The notes: generated from the letters alone by a model not told the origin. DNA of 64,000 nt from Nitrospiraceae bacterium (GCA_037442105.1 JBBIQV010000002.1:1-64000); one strand, 5' to 3'; counted from the first letter of the stretch, positions 48,903 through 58,935 are shown. Made by a program: numbers and translations.

Positions 48903-49741
48903 GCGTTCACCTGCTCGAGGAAATACTTTCCTTCGGTGTCTCGACGGACATGCCCGGCCTGGATCAGCGGGTCATGCTCAAAGAGCAGCAGCCATTTTTC
49001 CTCAAAAGCCCGATCCAACACCCAGCGTTTGGTCTCGAGTGTTTGGAGGGGGTACAGGTCGTAGCCCATGATGTACGGAAGGGGAAGATGGGACACGGTC
49101 GGGATCAGATCACCGAGGAAGAAGGCCACCTTCCCTTCCGATTCAATCTTGACCGACTGATGGCAGCGAGTGTGGCCGGCGGTGACGACGACGGTGATAC
49201 CGGGGAGTACTTCCGTATCGCCGTTCAAGAATTCCCACTGATTCACGTGGGCGATCGGTGTGAAGTTGTCCCGCCGGTAACTGGCTCTGGTCCGTTCATT
49301 GGCGCGGGCGGCATCTTCAAACTCTCCATGCTGGATGACGTATTGAGCTTTAGGGAAGGTGGACCTGACCGCGCCGTCACCCTGTCTCAGCGTATTCCCG
49401 CCCGCATGGTCGAAGTGGAGATGGGTGTTGATGACCATGTGAATGTCGTTGCGAGTCAGTCCATGCTGTTCCAGCGACCTTAGCAAGGTGGGCGTGCGGT
49501 CGACAGCAAACAGGTGGTGAAACTTGCTATCCTCCTTGGAGCCCAACCCCGTGTCTACCAGGATGTTCTTCCCATGCGCCCGGATCAGCAGACAGGTGAG
49601 GCTCAACGAGATACGGTTCAACTCATCGGCCGCGCAACATTTCTCCCACAGGACTTTCGGCACGACCCCGAACATCGCCCCGCCGTCCAACCGGAAGCGT
49701 CCGTCGGTCACGGGATATATTTCAAACGCGCCGAGCTTCAT
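48893..49741 (-). CDS. MBL-fold metallo-hydrolase (YtnP-like)
   Basis: [26 protein letters not shown] and FEHD. Confidence 0.9.
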   Translation of the reverse strand: MKLGAFEIYPVTDGRFRLDGGAMFGVVPKVLWEKCCAADELNRISLSLTCLLIRAHGKNILVDTGLGSKEDSKFHHLFAVDRTPTLLRSLEQHGLTRNDIHMVINTHLHFDHAGGNTLRQGDGAVRSTFPKAQYVIQHGEFEDAARANERTRASYRRDNFTPIAHVNQWEFLNGDTEVLPGITVVVTAGHTRCHQSVKIESEGKVAFFLGDLIPTVSHLPLPYIMGYDLYPLQTLETKRWVLDRAFEEKWLLLFEHDPLIQAGHVRRDTEGKYFLEQVNAWQ

Positions 49742-49783
49742 GTCTCCACCGAGCACTCAGCCGTCAGCAATCAGCATTCAGCC

Positions 49784-50038
49784 TCAAGCGACTTCCTCTG
49801 AAAACCGTACGACGGGCACGGTCATCGTCCGTAACTTCCTGAAACCCTTCCTGCCCGAAACCACCTCGGCGAGCTTTCGTCCGACCGCGGCCCGGACGAT
49901 TGTTTCGCCACAGCGGGTGCACACGCCGGCAGGGACATTTTCCACGACGATCAGCTTGCCTTTCACCCAAAAGTCCTGACGAATTTGTCTGCGCTCCACC
50001 TGCCCGCCGCACACGTGGCATTTGCCGTAGTCATACAT
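49784..50038 (-). CDS. YgiT/MqsA-type zinc-finger antitoxin-like protein
   Basis: CHVCGG..VENVPAGVCTRCGE. Confidence 0.85.
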   Translation of the reverse strand: MYDYGKCHVCGGQVERRQIRQDFWVKGKLIVVENVPAGVCTRCGETIVRAAVGRKLAEVVSGRKGFRKLRTMTVPVVRFSEEVA

Positions 50039-50052
50039 TGGTTGCACCTCTT

Positions 50053-50220
50053 CTACGCCGACTCCAGCGAATACGTTGTGATGAAGAGCCATTGAGAATT
50101 GCGCGTTCAATGTCCACGAACCGGAGGTCATCGTTGGCCATCTCTTCGAAGATAATGGGGAACCGCAAATTCGTAATCCTGATCCCGTATCTTCTTCCGG
50201 ATGACGTCAATAGCGACCAC
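50053..50220 (-). pseudogene. Degenerate DUF4258 toxin-like gene
   Basis: VVAIDVIRKKIRDQDYEFAVPHY, frameshift, FEEMANDDLRFVDIERAILNG, apparent deletion, FITTYSLESA*. Confidence 0.7.
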
Positions 50221-50227
50221 CAGTTCC

Positions 50228-50488
50228 TTACAACGAGTAAACCGGCATGCGAACTTCCCGCTTCGCCTTTTGACGTTTCCGGGCTGTCTCCTCAATGGTC
50301 TTGAGGAGCTTGGACGGATAGTACCGAGCGCCGCACTCTGCGCAGATGCCCACGTGGGCGTTTTCGATGAGCACAAATTTTCCTCGGACCTTTCGAGCAA
50401 GGTCCACCGTTTTCCCGATGATGCGTCCTTTGCAATACTCGCACCGCTCGCCCTCCCAAAAATCTTGTTTGGCCGGCATCTTTTTCAT
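50228..50488 (-). CDS. YgiT/MqsA-type zinc-finger antitoxin-like protein
   Basis: CEYCKG..IENAHVGICAECG. Confidence 0.85.
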   Translation of the reverse strand: MKKMPAKQDFWEGERCEYCKGRIIGKTVDLARKVRGKFVLIENAHVGICAECGARYYPSKLLKTIEETARKRQKAKREVRMPVYSL

Positions 50489-50757
50489 GTTGTCCGATCC
50501 TCGTATACGGTTATGATACGAACCTTTCCTCCCTGAGTGATCCGGCAGACGATCCCGATCCGTCGCCCGTCTATGGATGCGCCGACCACCTCATGCTTTC
50601 TCTCTTTCGGCCACGTCCGCCGAATCTTCCCGGTCAAAATACCATGCTCCACGTCATAGATGTCGAACCCTTCGGCTGCTGCCTCATCATCGGCGTGCTC
50701 CGTCAGATAGGAAAGGCCTTCTCGGACAAGAGACCGAATACGTTTGATTTTGCTCAA
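50485..50757 (-). CDS. DUF4258 (BrnT/RelE-like) toxin-like protein
   Basis: YLTEHADDE, DVEHGILTG and IITVY; ATGA-coupled to the YgiT gene. Confidence 0.8.
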   Translation of the reverse strand: MSKIKRIRSLVREGLSYLTEHADDEAAAEGFDIYDVEHGILTGKIRRTWPKERKHEVVGASIDGRRIGIVCRITQGGKVRIITVYEDRTT

Positions 50758-50864
50758 GTCTCAATGTTCCTCACAGGTTTCAAAAGCAGCCTGAACATGA
50801 CCCCGCCGTCCAGCCGAAACCGGCCGTCGATGATTGGATAGATTTCAAACGCGCCGAGCTTCAT
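50754..50864 (-). pseudogene. Duplicated 5' end of the MBL hydrolase gene (36-aa ORF)
   Basis: [24 protein letters not shown] versus [24 protein letters not shown]; 62/73 nt identity to 49670-49742. Confidence 0.85.
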
Positions 50865-50945
50865 GGGTTCATTCAGCCTTCAGCTATCAGCGTTCAGCCG
50901 AGAAGTGGCCGGAATTTCACGAATTCCAGCTGACCGCTGACCGCT

Positions 50946-52541
50946 CTATAGCACCACCGGCTCCCGATATGTTCCAAACACTTCCTTCAGCGACGCGCAA
51001 ATCTCGCCCAAGGTCGCCTTTGCCTTCACCGCCTCGATCAGATAGGGCATCAGATTCTCGCTGCATGAGGCGGCCTCCTGCAGTTCCTCCAGCGCGCCGG
51101 CCATCTTGAACGGATCGCGCGCTTTCCGCAGATCGGACAGGCGCGCCACCTGTTCTTGTTCCACCTCCGGGCCGATCTTGAGGATCGGGATCGGACGCCC
51201 CTCCGGCTCCGCATAGTCGCTGACGCCGACGACGATCCGTTCCTTCTGCTCCACCTCGCGCTGATAGCGTTGCGAGGCGTCGAGGATTTCCCGTTGAGGA
51301 TAACCTCGTTCGATGGCGTTCACCATGCCGCCCATCTCGTCCAGCTTGCGGAAATAGTCGCGCGCCCCTTCTTCCAATCGATTCGTGAGGGCCTCGACAT
51401 AGTACGATCCGCCCAGCGGGTCCACGCTGTTGGTCACTTCGCTCTCATGGGCGATGATCTGCTGAGTCCGCAGCGCCAGTTTGACCGCCTCCTCGGTCGG
51501 CAGCGCCAGCGTTTCGTCCATCGAGTTGGTATGCAGTGATTGGGTTCCGCCCAACACGGCGGCAAGGGCTTGCAATGTGGTGCGAACCACGTTGTTCATC
51601 GGCTGCTGGGCTGTGAGTGAACAGCCTGCCGTCTGGGCATGGCACCGGAGCTGGAGCGAACGCGGATCTTTGGGATGATAGCGGCGCTCCATCTCATGCG
51701 CCCACAAGCGCCGGGCCGCTCGGAACTTTGCAATCTCTTCAAAAAAGTCGTTATGCACGTTGAAGAAAAAGGAGAGCTGAGGGGCAAAGTCGTCTACCGC
51801 AAGACCGGCCCTCACTGCCGCCTCCACGTAAGTGAGGCCGTCGTACAGGGTGAAGGCAAGTTCCTGAACCGCATTCGAGCCGGCTTCCCGGATGTGATAG
51901 CCGCTGATGCTGATCGGATGCCACTTGGGGACATGGTTTGTGCAATAGGCGACCGTGTCCGTGATTAAACGAAGAGACGGTCCGGGCGGGAACAGCCATT
52001 CCTTCTGCGCGATGTATTCTTTGAGGATGTCGTTTTGCAGCGTCCCTCCGAGATGTTTGAACGGGATGCCCCGTTTCTCCGAGACGGCCAGGTACATGGC
52101 GAAGATAACGGCGGCCGGGCCGTTGATGGTCATGGACGTGGTCACCCGGTTCAGCGGGATGCCGTCGAAGAGCTGCTCCATGTCGGCCAGCGATGAGACA
52201 GCCACGCCGCAGTGACCGACCTCGCCATGCGCGCGGGGGTCATCCGCGTCGATCCCCATCAACGTCGGCATGTCGAAGGCCACGCTGAGGCCGGTCTGCC
52301 CGTGTTGGAGGAGATATTTGAACCGGCGATTGGTATCGTCGGCGGACCCGAATCCGGCGAATTGTCGCATCGTCCAGAGCCGGCCTCGATACATGGTGGG
52401 GTAGACGCCGCGCGTGTAGGGGAACTCACCCGGATTGCCCAGATCGCTTTCGGGCGACCAGTCTTTCAGATCGTCGCCCGAGTAGACGCGAGCGATGTCG
52501 AGTCCCGAGAGCGAGGTGAACCGAGGCTTGCGCTCTTGCAT
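50946..52541 (-). CDS. B12-dependent acyl-CoA mutase large subunit, isobutyryl-CoA mutase (IcmA) type
   Basis: [41 protein letters not shown] and GGTQSLHTN. Confidence 0.85.
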   Translation of the reverse strand: MQERKPRFTSLSGLDIARVYSGDDLKDWSPESDLGNPGEFPYTRGVYPTMYRGRLWTMRQFAGFGSADDTNRRFKYLLQHGQTGLSVAFDMPTLMGIDADDPRAHGEVGHCGVAVSSLADMEQLFDGIPLNRVTTSMTINGPAAVIFAMYLAVSEKRGIPFKHLGGTLQNDILKEYIAQKEWLFPPGPSLRLITDTVAYCTNHVPKWHPISISGYHIREAGSNAVQELAFTLYDGLTYVEAAVRAGLAVDDFAPQLSFFFNVHNDFFEEIAKFRAARRLWAHEMERRYHPKDPRSLQLRCHAQTAGCSLTAQQPMNNVVRTTLQALAAVLGGTQSLHTNSMDETLALPTEEAVKLALRTQQIIAHESEVTNSVDPLGGSYYVEALTNRLEEGARDYFRKLDEMGGMVNAIERGYPQREILDASQRYQREVEQKERIVVGVSDYAEPEGRPIPILKIGPEVEQEQVARLSDLRKARDPFKMAGALEELQEAASCSENLMPYLIEAVKAKATLGEICASLKEVFGTYREPVVL

Positions 52542-52585
52542 CGATCTGTTCCTCCGGCTAGGGGCACGAGGCGAGGGGGTAGAGA

Positions 52586-53485
52586 TCAGATCTTATTGCT
52601 CGTTGTCTCGCGCCGCTCGCCACTTGCCTCATACACATAGAACCCGTGACCGGTTTTGCGTCCTAGCCACCCGGCTTCGACATAACGACGCAGTAAAGGA
52701 CAGGGGCGAAACTTCGGATCGCCCAAGTCCTGGTACAGAACCTCGCAGATCGCGAGCACGGTGTCCAACCCGATCCGGTCGGCGAGCGCCAACGGTCCCA
52801 CCGGATGATTGGCTCCCGTCGTCATGGCCAGATCGATGTCTTCTGCCGACGCAACCCCTTCCTCCAACGTGAAGATGGCTTCGTTGATCATCGGCATGAG
52901 GACGCGATTCACGATGAATCCCGGGGCATCCTTCGCCACCACAGGGATTTTCCCCAAGCGCTTTGCCAGGTCAAGCGCAAGAGTCATCGTTCGCTCTGAT
53001 GTTTCGAGACCGCGGACGACTTCCACGAGCCGCATCACGGGGGCCGGATTCATGAAGTGCAGGCCGACCATCCGGTCCGGTCGGCCCGAGGCCGCGCCCA
53101 ATTTCGTGATTGAAATGGAGGAGGTATTGCTGGCGAGAATCGCCTGCGGTTGGCAGATCCGGCCCAGTTCGGCGAAGAGCTCCTGCTTCAGGGCGAGATC
53201 CTCCGGAATGGCTTCGATGACGAGCTGCACATCTCGCAACCGGTCGAGCTCAACCATCGGATGGATGAGTGCCAACACTGCTCCGGCTTGATGGTCGGTG
53301 AGACTTCCGCGCTCCACGGCTCGTCCCAGACCGACGCGGATCTTCTTGAGCGCCTCGGCTAACGGTGGCTCGGCAACATCCACGAGCAAGACTTGGTAGC
53401 CGGCTGTCGCGCAGACCTGGCTGATGCCGCGCCCCATCTGCCCGGCGCCGACGATGCCGATCGTCTTGATGTCGTCCGGTGTCAT
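52586..53485 (-). CDS. hbd: 3-hydroxybutyryl-CoA dehydrogenase
   Basis: [30 protein letters not shown] and LGRKTG. Confidence 0.9.
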   Translation of the reverse strand: MTPDDIKTIGIVGAGQMGRGISQVCATAGYQVLLVDVAEPPLAEALKKIRVGLGRAVERGSLTDHQAGAVLALIHPMVELDRLRDVQLVIEAIPEDLALKQELFAELGRICQPQAILASNTSSISITKLGAASGRPDRMVGLHFMNPAPVMRLVEVVRGLETSERTMTLALDLAKRLGKIPVVAKDAPGFIVNRVLMPMINEAIFTLEEGVASAEDIDLAMTTGANHPVGPLALADRIGLDTVLAICEVLYQDLGDPKFRPCPLLRRYVEAGWLGRKTGHGFYVYEASGERRETTSNKI

Positions 53486-53488
53486 GGA

Positions 53489-53574
53489 ATGCAAAATTCA
53501 AAATGAGAAATGCAAAATGGGCGAGACTTCAACGCCCTGCCAATTGTTCATTTTGCCTTTTTCATTTTTCATTT
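53489..53574. repeat. AT-rich heptamer (CAAAATG-like) hairpin
   Basis: TGCAAAATTCAAAATGAGAAATGCAAAATG..CATTTTGCCTTTTTCATTTTTCATTT; contains the thiolase stop codon. Confidence 0.75.
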
Positions 53575-54779
53575 CGGCGCTCGACCAGAAGCGCCAACGC
53601 TTCCCCGCCTCCAATGCAGAGGCCGGCCAACCCGCGCCTAACTCCGCGCGCCTCCATGGCATACAGCAGGGTCGTCAGGATGCGTGCCCCTGTGGCCCCG
53701 ATCGGATGGCCCAGCGCCACCGCGCCACCGTTCACGTTGACCTTCTTCTGGTCGAGCCCCAACTCTCGGTTCACCGCGAGCGACACGGCTGAAAAAGCCT
53801 CGTTGATCTCGAAGAGATCGATGTCGGCCAGCGAGAGGCCTGTCTTTTTGAGCACCAGCTTGATCGCCTCGACCGGCGCGATCGTAAACCACTCGGGTGC
53901 CAGCGCGGCTCCCGCGTAACCGATGATGCGAGCCAGGGGAGTCAGCCCCAAATTCGCCGCTTCCTCTTCAGCCATCACCACCAGCGCCGCTGCTCCGTCA
54001 TTACAGGACGATGAGTTGCCGCTGGTCAAAACGCCGTCTTCCTGAAACGCGGGCTTGAGGAACCGGAGTTTGCTGAGATCCACCCGATTCGGCTCTTCAT
54101 CCTCGGTCACGAGAAGAGGAGCGCCCTGCTTTCGCGGCACTTCGACCGGGACGATTTCCCGTTTGAAGGCGCCCGTGGCAGTCGCCTCACGAGCGCGGCG
54201 GTAGCTCTCCAGGGCAAAGTCGTCCAGCTCCTCGCGCGTCATGTTGTACTTGGCCGCGCAGAGCTCGCCGCAACCTCCCATATGAACGTTGTTGTAGACA
54301 TCCCACAAGCCGTCCTGAATCATGCTATCCCTGAGTTCACCGTGGCCCATCCGGTATCCCTGGCGCGCTTTCTCCAGCAAATACGGTGCTCGCGTCATGT
54401 TTTCCATGCCGCCGGCCACCACGATCCTCGCATCACCACCAGCGATGGCTTGGGCTGCCAAGATCACCGTCTTGAGGCTGGACCCGCAGACTTTGTTGAC
54501 CGTCGTTGCGCCGACTGAGTGCGGAATCCCGGCTCCAATCGAGGCCTGTCTGGCCGGTGCCTGTCCGAGCCCCGCGCTCAACACACAGCCCATGAAGACT
54601 TCGTCGACTCGATCGGGTCTCAGGTTGATCCGCTTCAAGGCTTCAGCAATGGCGATGCTGCCCAGTTTGGTGGCAGGAACTGAACCGAAGATTCCGTTGA
54701 AGCTGCCTATCGGAGTCCGCACGGCACTGACGATGACGGCATTCCGTTTCCCGTTGGCCGTGTTCCGTTTTCCGTTCAC
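53562..54779 (-). CDS. Acetyl-CoA C-acetyltransferase (thiolase)
   Basis: NKVCGS, NEAF, GHPIGATG and CIGGG. Confidence 0.95.
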   Translation of the reverse strand: MNGKRNTANGKRNAVIVSAVRTPIGSFNGIFGSVPATKLGSIAIAEALKRINLRPDRVDEVFMGCVLSAGLGQAPARQASIGAGIPHSVGATTVNKVCGSSLKTVILAAQAIAGGDARIVVAGGMENMTRAPYLLEKARQGYRMGHGELRDSMIQDGLWDVYNNVHMGGCGELCAAKYNMTREELDDFALESYRRAREATATGAFKREIVPVEVPRKQGAPLLVTEDEEPNRVDLSKLRFLKPAFQEDGVLTSGNSSSCNDGAAALVVMAEEEAANLGLTPLARIIGYAGAALAPEWFTIAPVEAIKLVLKKTGLSLADIDLFEINEAFSAVSLAVNRELGLDQKKVNVNGGAVALGHPIGATGARILTTLLYAMEARGVRRGLAGLCIGGGEALALLVERRNEK

Positions 54780-55927
54780 AGAAGTTTCTCCCAGTCGCTC
54801 TGTTCCAGATGCCTTTTCACCTTGGACATGAACTGATCGGCCGTCGCCCCGTCGATGACACGGTGGTCAAACGACAGACTGAGGTAGCCCATCGGGCGGA
54901 TCGCGATCGCGTCATTGATGACCACGGGGCGTTTCTGGACTGCGCCGACGCCAAGAATGGCGATCTGCGGCTGATGAATGATGGGCGTGCTGAACAGACT
55001 GCCGAATCCCCCGTGGTTCGTGATCGTAAAAGTGCCTCCTTGGACTTCTTCCGGATTGAGCTTCTTGTTTCTGGCTCGCTCGGCTAGGTCCGCCACCTCC
55101 TTGGCCAATTGCGTCAGTCCTTTTCGATCCGCATTCCGCACCACCGGTACCAGCAGGCCGTCGTCCAGTGCCACCGCGATGCCGATGTGAATACCTGTTT
55201 TGGTGATGATGCCTTCCTCTCCCCAGGACGAATTCACGATCGGGGCATCTTTGATGGCGCGGGCAACGGCGTTGATCACGAAAGGGAGATAGGTCAGATT
55301 CCGGCCTTCGCGAAACTTGGCGATTCCGGAAAAGTCGGCTTCGAAGAACGTCGCGACATGGGCGGACGTCTGCTTGCTCTTGACCATCCGATCGGCGATG
55401 GTCTTCCGCATCTGCGTCAAGGGCAACACTTCTTCAGTTGCGGCAATGGCCGAAGCTGATGGCTGATGGCTGATGGCTGATGGCTTTTGCGCCGCGACGA
55501 ACTCCAGTACGTCCTTCTTCGTGACACGGCCACCGGTGCCGGTCCCGGCGACCTGTGCGAGATCCACGCCATGCTCCTTAGCAAGCTGCCGAACTGCCGG
55601 CGAGTAGTGGTCTTCCTCACCGGGGGCCGGCTCCATGTGGCGGACCACCACGCCCCCGACGCGATTGATGACACTTGCACCAACCGAGACTTCACTTTCA
55701 AGACGAGCAAGGAGGGTCCCCACGGGGACCGTTTCACCGGACTGGATGAGAATTTCACCCAGCACCCCAGTGGCCGGTGAGGGGATTTCGAGCGATACCT
55801 TGTCTGTCTCAACCTCCAATAAGGGTTGATCCTTCTCAATCCGACCACCCTGAGGGACAATCCACTTCACGATCGTCCCCTCGGCGATGCTTTCCCCTAG
55901 TTGGGGCATGATGATGTCAGTCGGCAC
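54776..55927 (-). CDS. 2-oxoacid dehydrogenase E2 (dihydrolipoamide acyltransferase)
   Basis: Lipoyl ETDKV, E3-binding GTGTGGRVTKKDV and catalytic FDHRVIDGA. Confidence 0.95.
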   Translation of the reverse strand: MPTDIIMPQLGESIAEGTIVKWIVPQGGRIEKDQPLLEVETDKVSLEIPSPATGVLGEILIQSGETVPVGTLLARLESEVSVGASVINRVGGVVVRHMEPAPGEEDHYSPAVRQLAKEHGVDLAQVAGTGTGGRVTKKDVLEFVAAQKPSAISHQPSASAIAATEEVLPLTQMRKTIADRMVKSKQTSAHVATFFEADFSGIAKFREGRNLTYLPFVINAVARAIKDAPIVNSSWGEEGIITKTGIHIGIAVALDDGLLVPVVRNADRKGLTQLAKEVADLAERARNKKLNPEEVQGGTFTITNHGGFGSLFSTPIIHQPQIAILGVGAVQKRPVVINDAIAIRPMGYLSLSFDHRVIDGATADQFMSKVKRHLEQSDWEKLL

Positions 55928-56031
55928 TTGAACCTCCGGCTCTCAGCTCTCAGCTCTCAGCGGTCAGCTTCAGAGGCCTCAGAAATTCTCTTGCTGAGGG
56001 CTGAGGGCTGACTGCTGACAGCTTTTCCATT

Positions 56032-57030
56032 TCAATATGCTGCCAGCTTCCGCGCTGCCGAGACGATATCGCTGACCTTGGGGAGAAAATACTCTTCCAA
56101 CGGCGTGCTGAACGGCACCGGCGTATCCGGTGGGGCAATACGCATGATCGGCCCGTCCAAACAATCGAAACATTCCTCCGCCAACAGCGCGGCGATTTCT
56201 GCTCCAATCCCGCCGGTCTTGTTGTCCTCGTGTAATAGGATGGCCTTGCTGGTTTTCCGCACCGATCCATAAATAGTCTCTTTGTCGAGCGGTATCAATG
56301 TGCGTAGATCAACCACCTCCACATCGATGCCTTCTTTCGCCAGCGACTCGGCCGCTTCCAGCGCCAGGTGCACCATGGCGCCATAGGTGATGACGGAGAC
56401 GTCGTTGCCGGTGCGCTTGACGTCGGCTCTCCCGATCGGGACGATGAAATCCTCGATCGGGAGAACCGCTTTGATCCGGCGGTAGAGAAACTTGTGTTCG
56501 AAGTAAAGAACCGGGTTTGGGTCCCGAATCGCGGCCTTGAGGAGACCCTTCGCGTCGTAGGGTGTCGACGGTGCGACGATCTTCAACCCCGGTGAATGAA
56601 AGAACCAGCCTTCCGGACATTCGGAATGGAACGGACCGCCGTGGACACCGCCGCCAAAGGGGGCCCGAATGACCATCGGTACCGCGGCGCCCCAACGATA
56701 ATGGTTCTTCGCCGCTACTTCCGTGATCTGGTCGAACGCACAGGAGATGAAATCGGCAAACTGCATCTCGACGACCGGCCGCAGCCCCATCATCGCCGCG
56801 CCGATCGCCGCCCCCACGAAACCCGATTCCGCGAGAGGCGTATCGAGTACGCGCCATTCGCCGTACTTCTGCAGGAATCCCTCCGTGATCTTGAAGGCGC
56901 CACCGTAGGTCCCGATGTCCTCGCCCATGAGAAAGACGCGCTCGTCGCGAGTCATTTCCTCGTCCAGTGCTTGCGAGATGGCTTCAAGATATGTCACTTC
57001 CTGCTGTGCCTGTGCGGTTTCAGTCGTCAT
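56032..57030 (-). CDS. Branched-chain-type 2-oxoacid dehydrogenase E1 beta
   Basis: GEDIG, DTPLAES, EMQFADF and GGPFHS. Confidence 0.92.
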   Translation of the reverse strand: MTTETAQAQQEVTYLEAISQALDEEMTRDERVFLMGEDIGTYGGAFKITEGFLQKYGEWRVLDTPLAESGFVGAAIGAAMMGLRPVVEMQFADFISCAFDQITEVAAKNHYRWGAAVPMVIRAPFGGGVHGGPFHSECPEGWFFHSPGLKIVAPSTPYDAKGLLKAAIRDPNPVLYFEHKFLYRRIKAVLPIEDFIVPIGRADVKRTGNDVSVITYGAMVHLALEAAESLAKEGIDVEVVDLRTLIPLDKETIYGSVRKTSKAILLHEDNKTGGIGAEIAALLAEECFDCLDGPIMRIAPPDTPVPFSTPLEEYFLPKVSDIVSAARKLAAY

Positions 57031-57062
57031 GGAAACGCTCCTTCTTAGCGGTTGGCTAACGG

Positions 57063-58061
57063 CTAATAGCGGTCAGCTTTGTCCGCGAAGACTCCCTCCA
57101 ACACTTCGGGCCCCTCTGGGAGCGGGCTCCGTTCGGCAAATTCCACGCCCGCTTCGACTTCTTTTTTGGCTCGCTCTCCGACCTCACGGAAGTAGGCCTC
57201 ATCACCGTAGCCGAGCTGTTTCAACATCTGTTCCGCTTTGAGAATCGGGTCCTTCTTTTTCCACTCCTCCAGCAGTTCGCGAGGAACATACTTGGCCGGG
57301 TCGTGCTCCGAATGCCCGTGCATCCGCATCGTCTTGAATTCGAGGAAGGTGGGTCCCTCGCCGGCTCGGGCTTTGGCAATGGCGCGCTTGACCGCCAGAT
57401 ACACCGCCGCTACGTCGTTGCCATCTACGATTTCACCCGGCATGCCGTAAGCTTTGGCCCGTTCGGCGACATCCTGAATGGCCATCTGGTAACGAAGCGG
57501 AGTGGAATAGGCATATTGATTGTTGTTGCAGAAGAACACGACAGGAAGCTTCCGGACCGCTGCAAAATTCATCGCTTCATGAAAATCGCCGCGGCTGCTC
57601 CCACCATCGCCCGTCCCGGTGACCACCACGCGGGGTTCCCTTCTGATCGTGAACGCCAAAGCCGCCCCGGTCGCCACCGGAAGATTGTCGGCCAAGTGGC
57701 TGACAAATCCGATGATCCCACGCTTGAGGTCGCCCAGATGGACATTGCCGTCCTTGCCTTTCGTGGGGCCGGTTCGCTTTCCCAGGTATTGGGCGAGGAC
57801 CTCGCCGGGCGTGATGCCCCGAATCAGAAAGGCTCCCATGTCCCGATGAAAGGGCCCGATCACGTCGTCGCGCTCCAGCGCGGAGGCGTAGCCGACCGCG
57901 ATCGCTTCCATGCCGTGACTGGTGTAAACCCCGCCGACGATCCGCCCCTGCCGGTACAGCGCGGTTATCCGGTCCTCCAGCGTTCGCGTGAGCCGGAGGT
58001 AGTAATACATTTGGAGCAGATCGGCCCGTTTGATCTCCTTCGTAACGACGGCAAGATCCAT
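57063..58061 (-). CDS. Branched-chain-type 2-oxoacid dehydrogenase E1 alpha
   Basis: GDG..NN TPP motif and RMHGHSEHD. Confidence 0.92.
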   Translation of the reverse strand: MDLAVVTKEIKRADLLQMYYYLRLTRTLEDRITALYRQGRIVGGVYTSHGMEAIAVGYASALERDDVIGPFHRDMGAFLIRGITPGEVLAQYLGKRTGPTKGKDGNVHLGDLKRGIIGFVSHLADNLPVATGAALAFTIRREPRVVVTGTGDGGSSRGDFHEAMNFAAVRKLPVVFFCNNNQYAYSTPLRYQMAIQDVAERAKAYGMPGEIVDGNDVAAVYLAVKRAIAKARAGEGPTFLEFKTMRMHGHSEHDPAKYVPRELLEEWKKKDPILKAEQMLKQLGYGDEAYFREVGERAKKEVEAGVEFAERSPLPEGPEVLEGVFADKADRY

Positions 58062-58154
58062 GATGACCCCCCGAGTCAGGCGGCCAAAGCCATCAGCGTT
58101 CAGCCATCAGCCTTCAGGACTGACAGCTGACCGCTGAGAGCTGATCGCTTGTGT

Positions 58155-58907
58155 TTACAACTCCGGCATATCCATCCAGGACAGAAGCGGCTTGCGCTCT
58201 TTGCACATCGGACAGTCCTGCGGTTCCCACTGCGGCATGTCGAGGTCGGTCGCGTAATAGAACGGATACTTGGCCGTGAGCTCATGCATCAGTGGGAACT
58301 GGCCGCTGTCGCGGCGGGCGAACACCATCATGCCGGCCAGGATACCCTCGTTGTCCGTGATCACTTTACCGAGCTTGCCGACGCAGTTCCCGCGCGTGGT
58401 GATGTCATTGAGCGCCACGAACCGCTCGCCGGTTTTAATCGCGCCGATCTTGATGTCCGTCCCGATCCTTCCGGTCTCGCAACTATAGGGCGTCAGCGTC
58501 ACGCGCAGTCGCATCGTGTCGTGGAGCACATCGGCGATCCCTTCGGCGAGCAACTCAGCGGCTGATGTGGTGGCGACGATGCCGGTCAACGGATCGTTCT
58601 GAAACGTCCGTCTGATCCACTCGGCCATGTCGCGCGCCAGGAGTTTGATGAGTTCCGGAAAGCGGGCGACCGACTCAAATCGGAAATATGTCGCCGTATG
58701 ATGTCCCGATACGACTTCGACATGGGTGTCGAAGAAGACGGAGCGGGAAGTCCGAAGCAGTCTATGGATGTCCCAGCTCGACAGGTTCGTTTGGTGGCCA
58801 TCTCGAATAATGCGTTCGAGCTTGGAATCAATTTCCGGCCCATCGTACAGCGCGCAATGCCGCTGGACGAGTTCCATGAGGGCCTGCTCGTCCGTGATGA
58901 TGCTCAT
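58155..58907 (-). CDS. Divergent type I phosphoribosyltransferase (PyrE-like)
   Basis: HVEVVSGHHTATY, FVALNDITTRGNC (PRPP-loop-like) and C-terminal PQDCPMC. Confidence 0.65.
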   Translation of the reverse strand: MSIITDEQALMELVQRHCALYDGPEIDSKLERIIRDGHQTNLSSWDIHRLLRTSRSVFFDTHVEVVSGHHTATYFRFESVARFPELIKLLARDMAEWIRRTFQNDPLTGIVATTSAAELLAEGIADVLHDTMRLRVTLTPYSCETGRIGTDIKIGAIKTGERFVALNDITTRGNCVGKLGKVITDNEGILAGMMVFARRDSGQFPLMHELTAKYPFYYATDLDMPQWEPQDCPMCKERKPLLSWMDMPEL

Positions 58908-58935
58908 GCGCCCTTCCTTTCCTTTCTTTTTTTCT

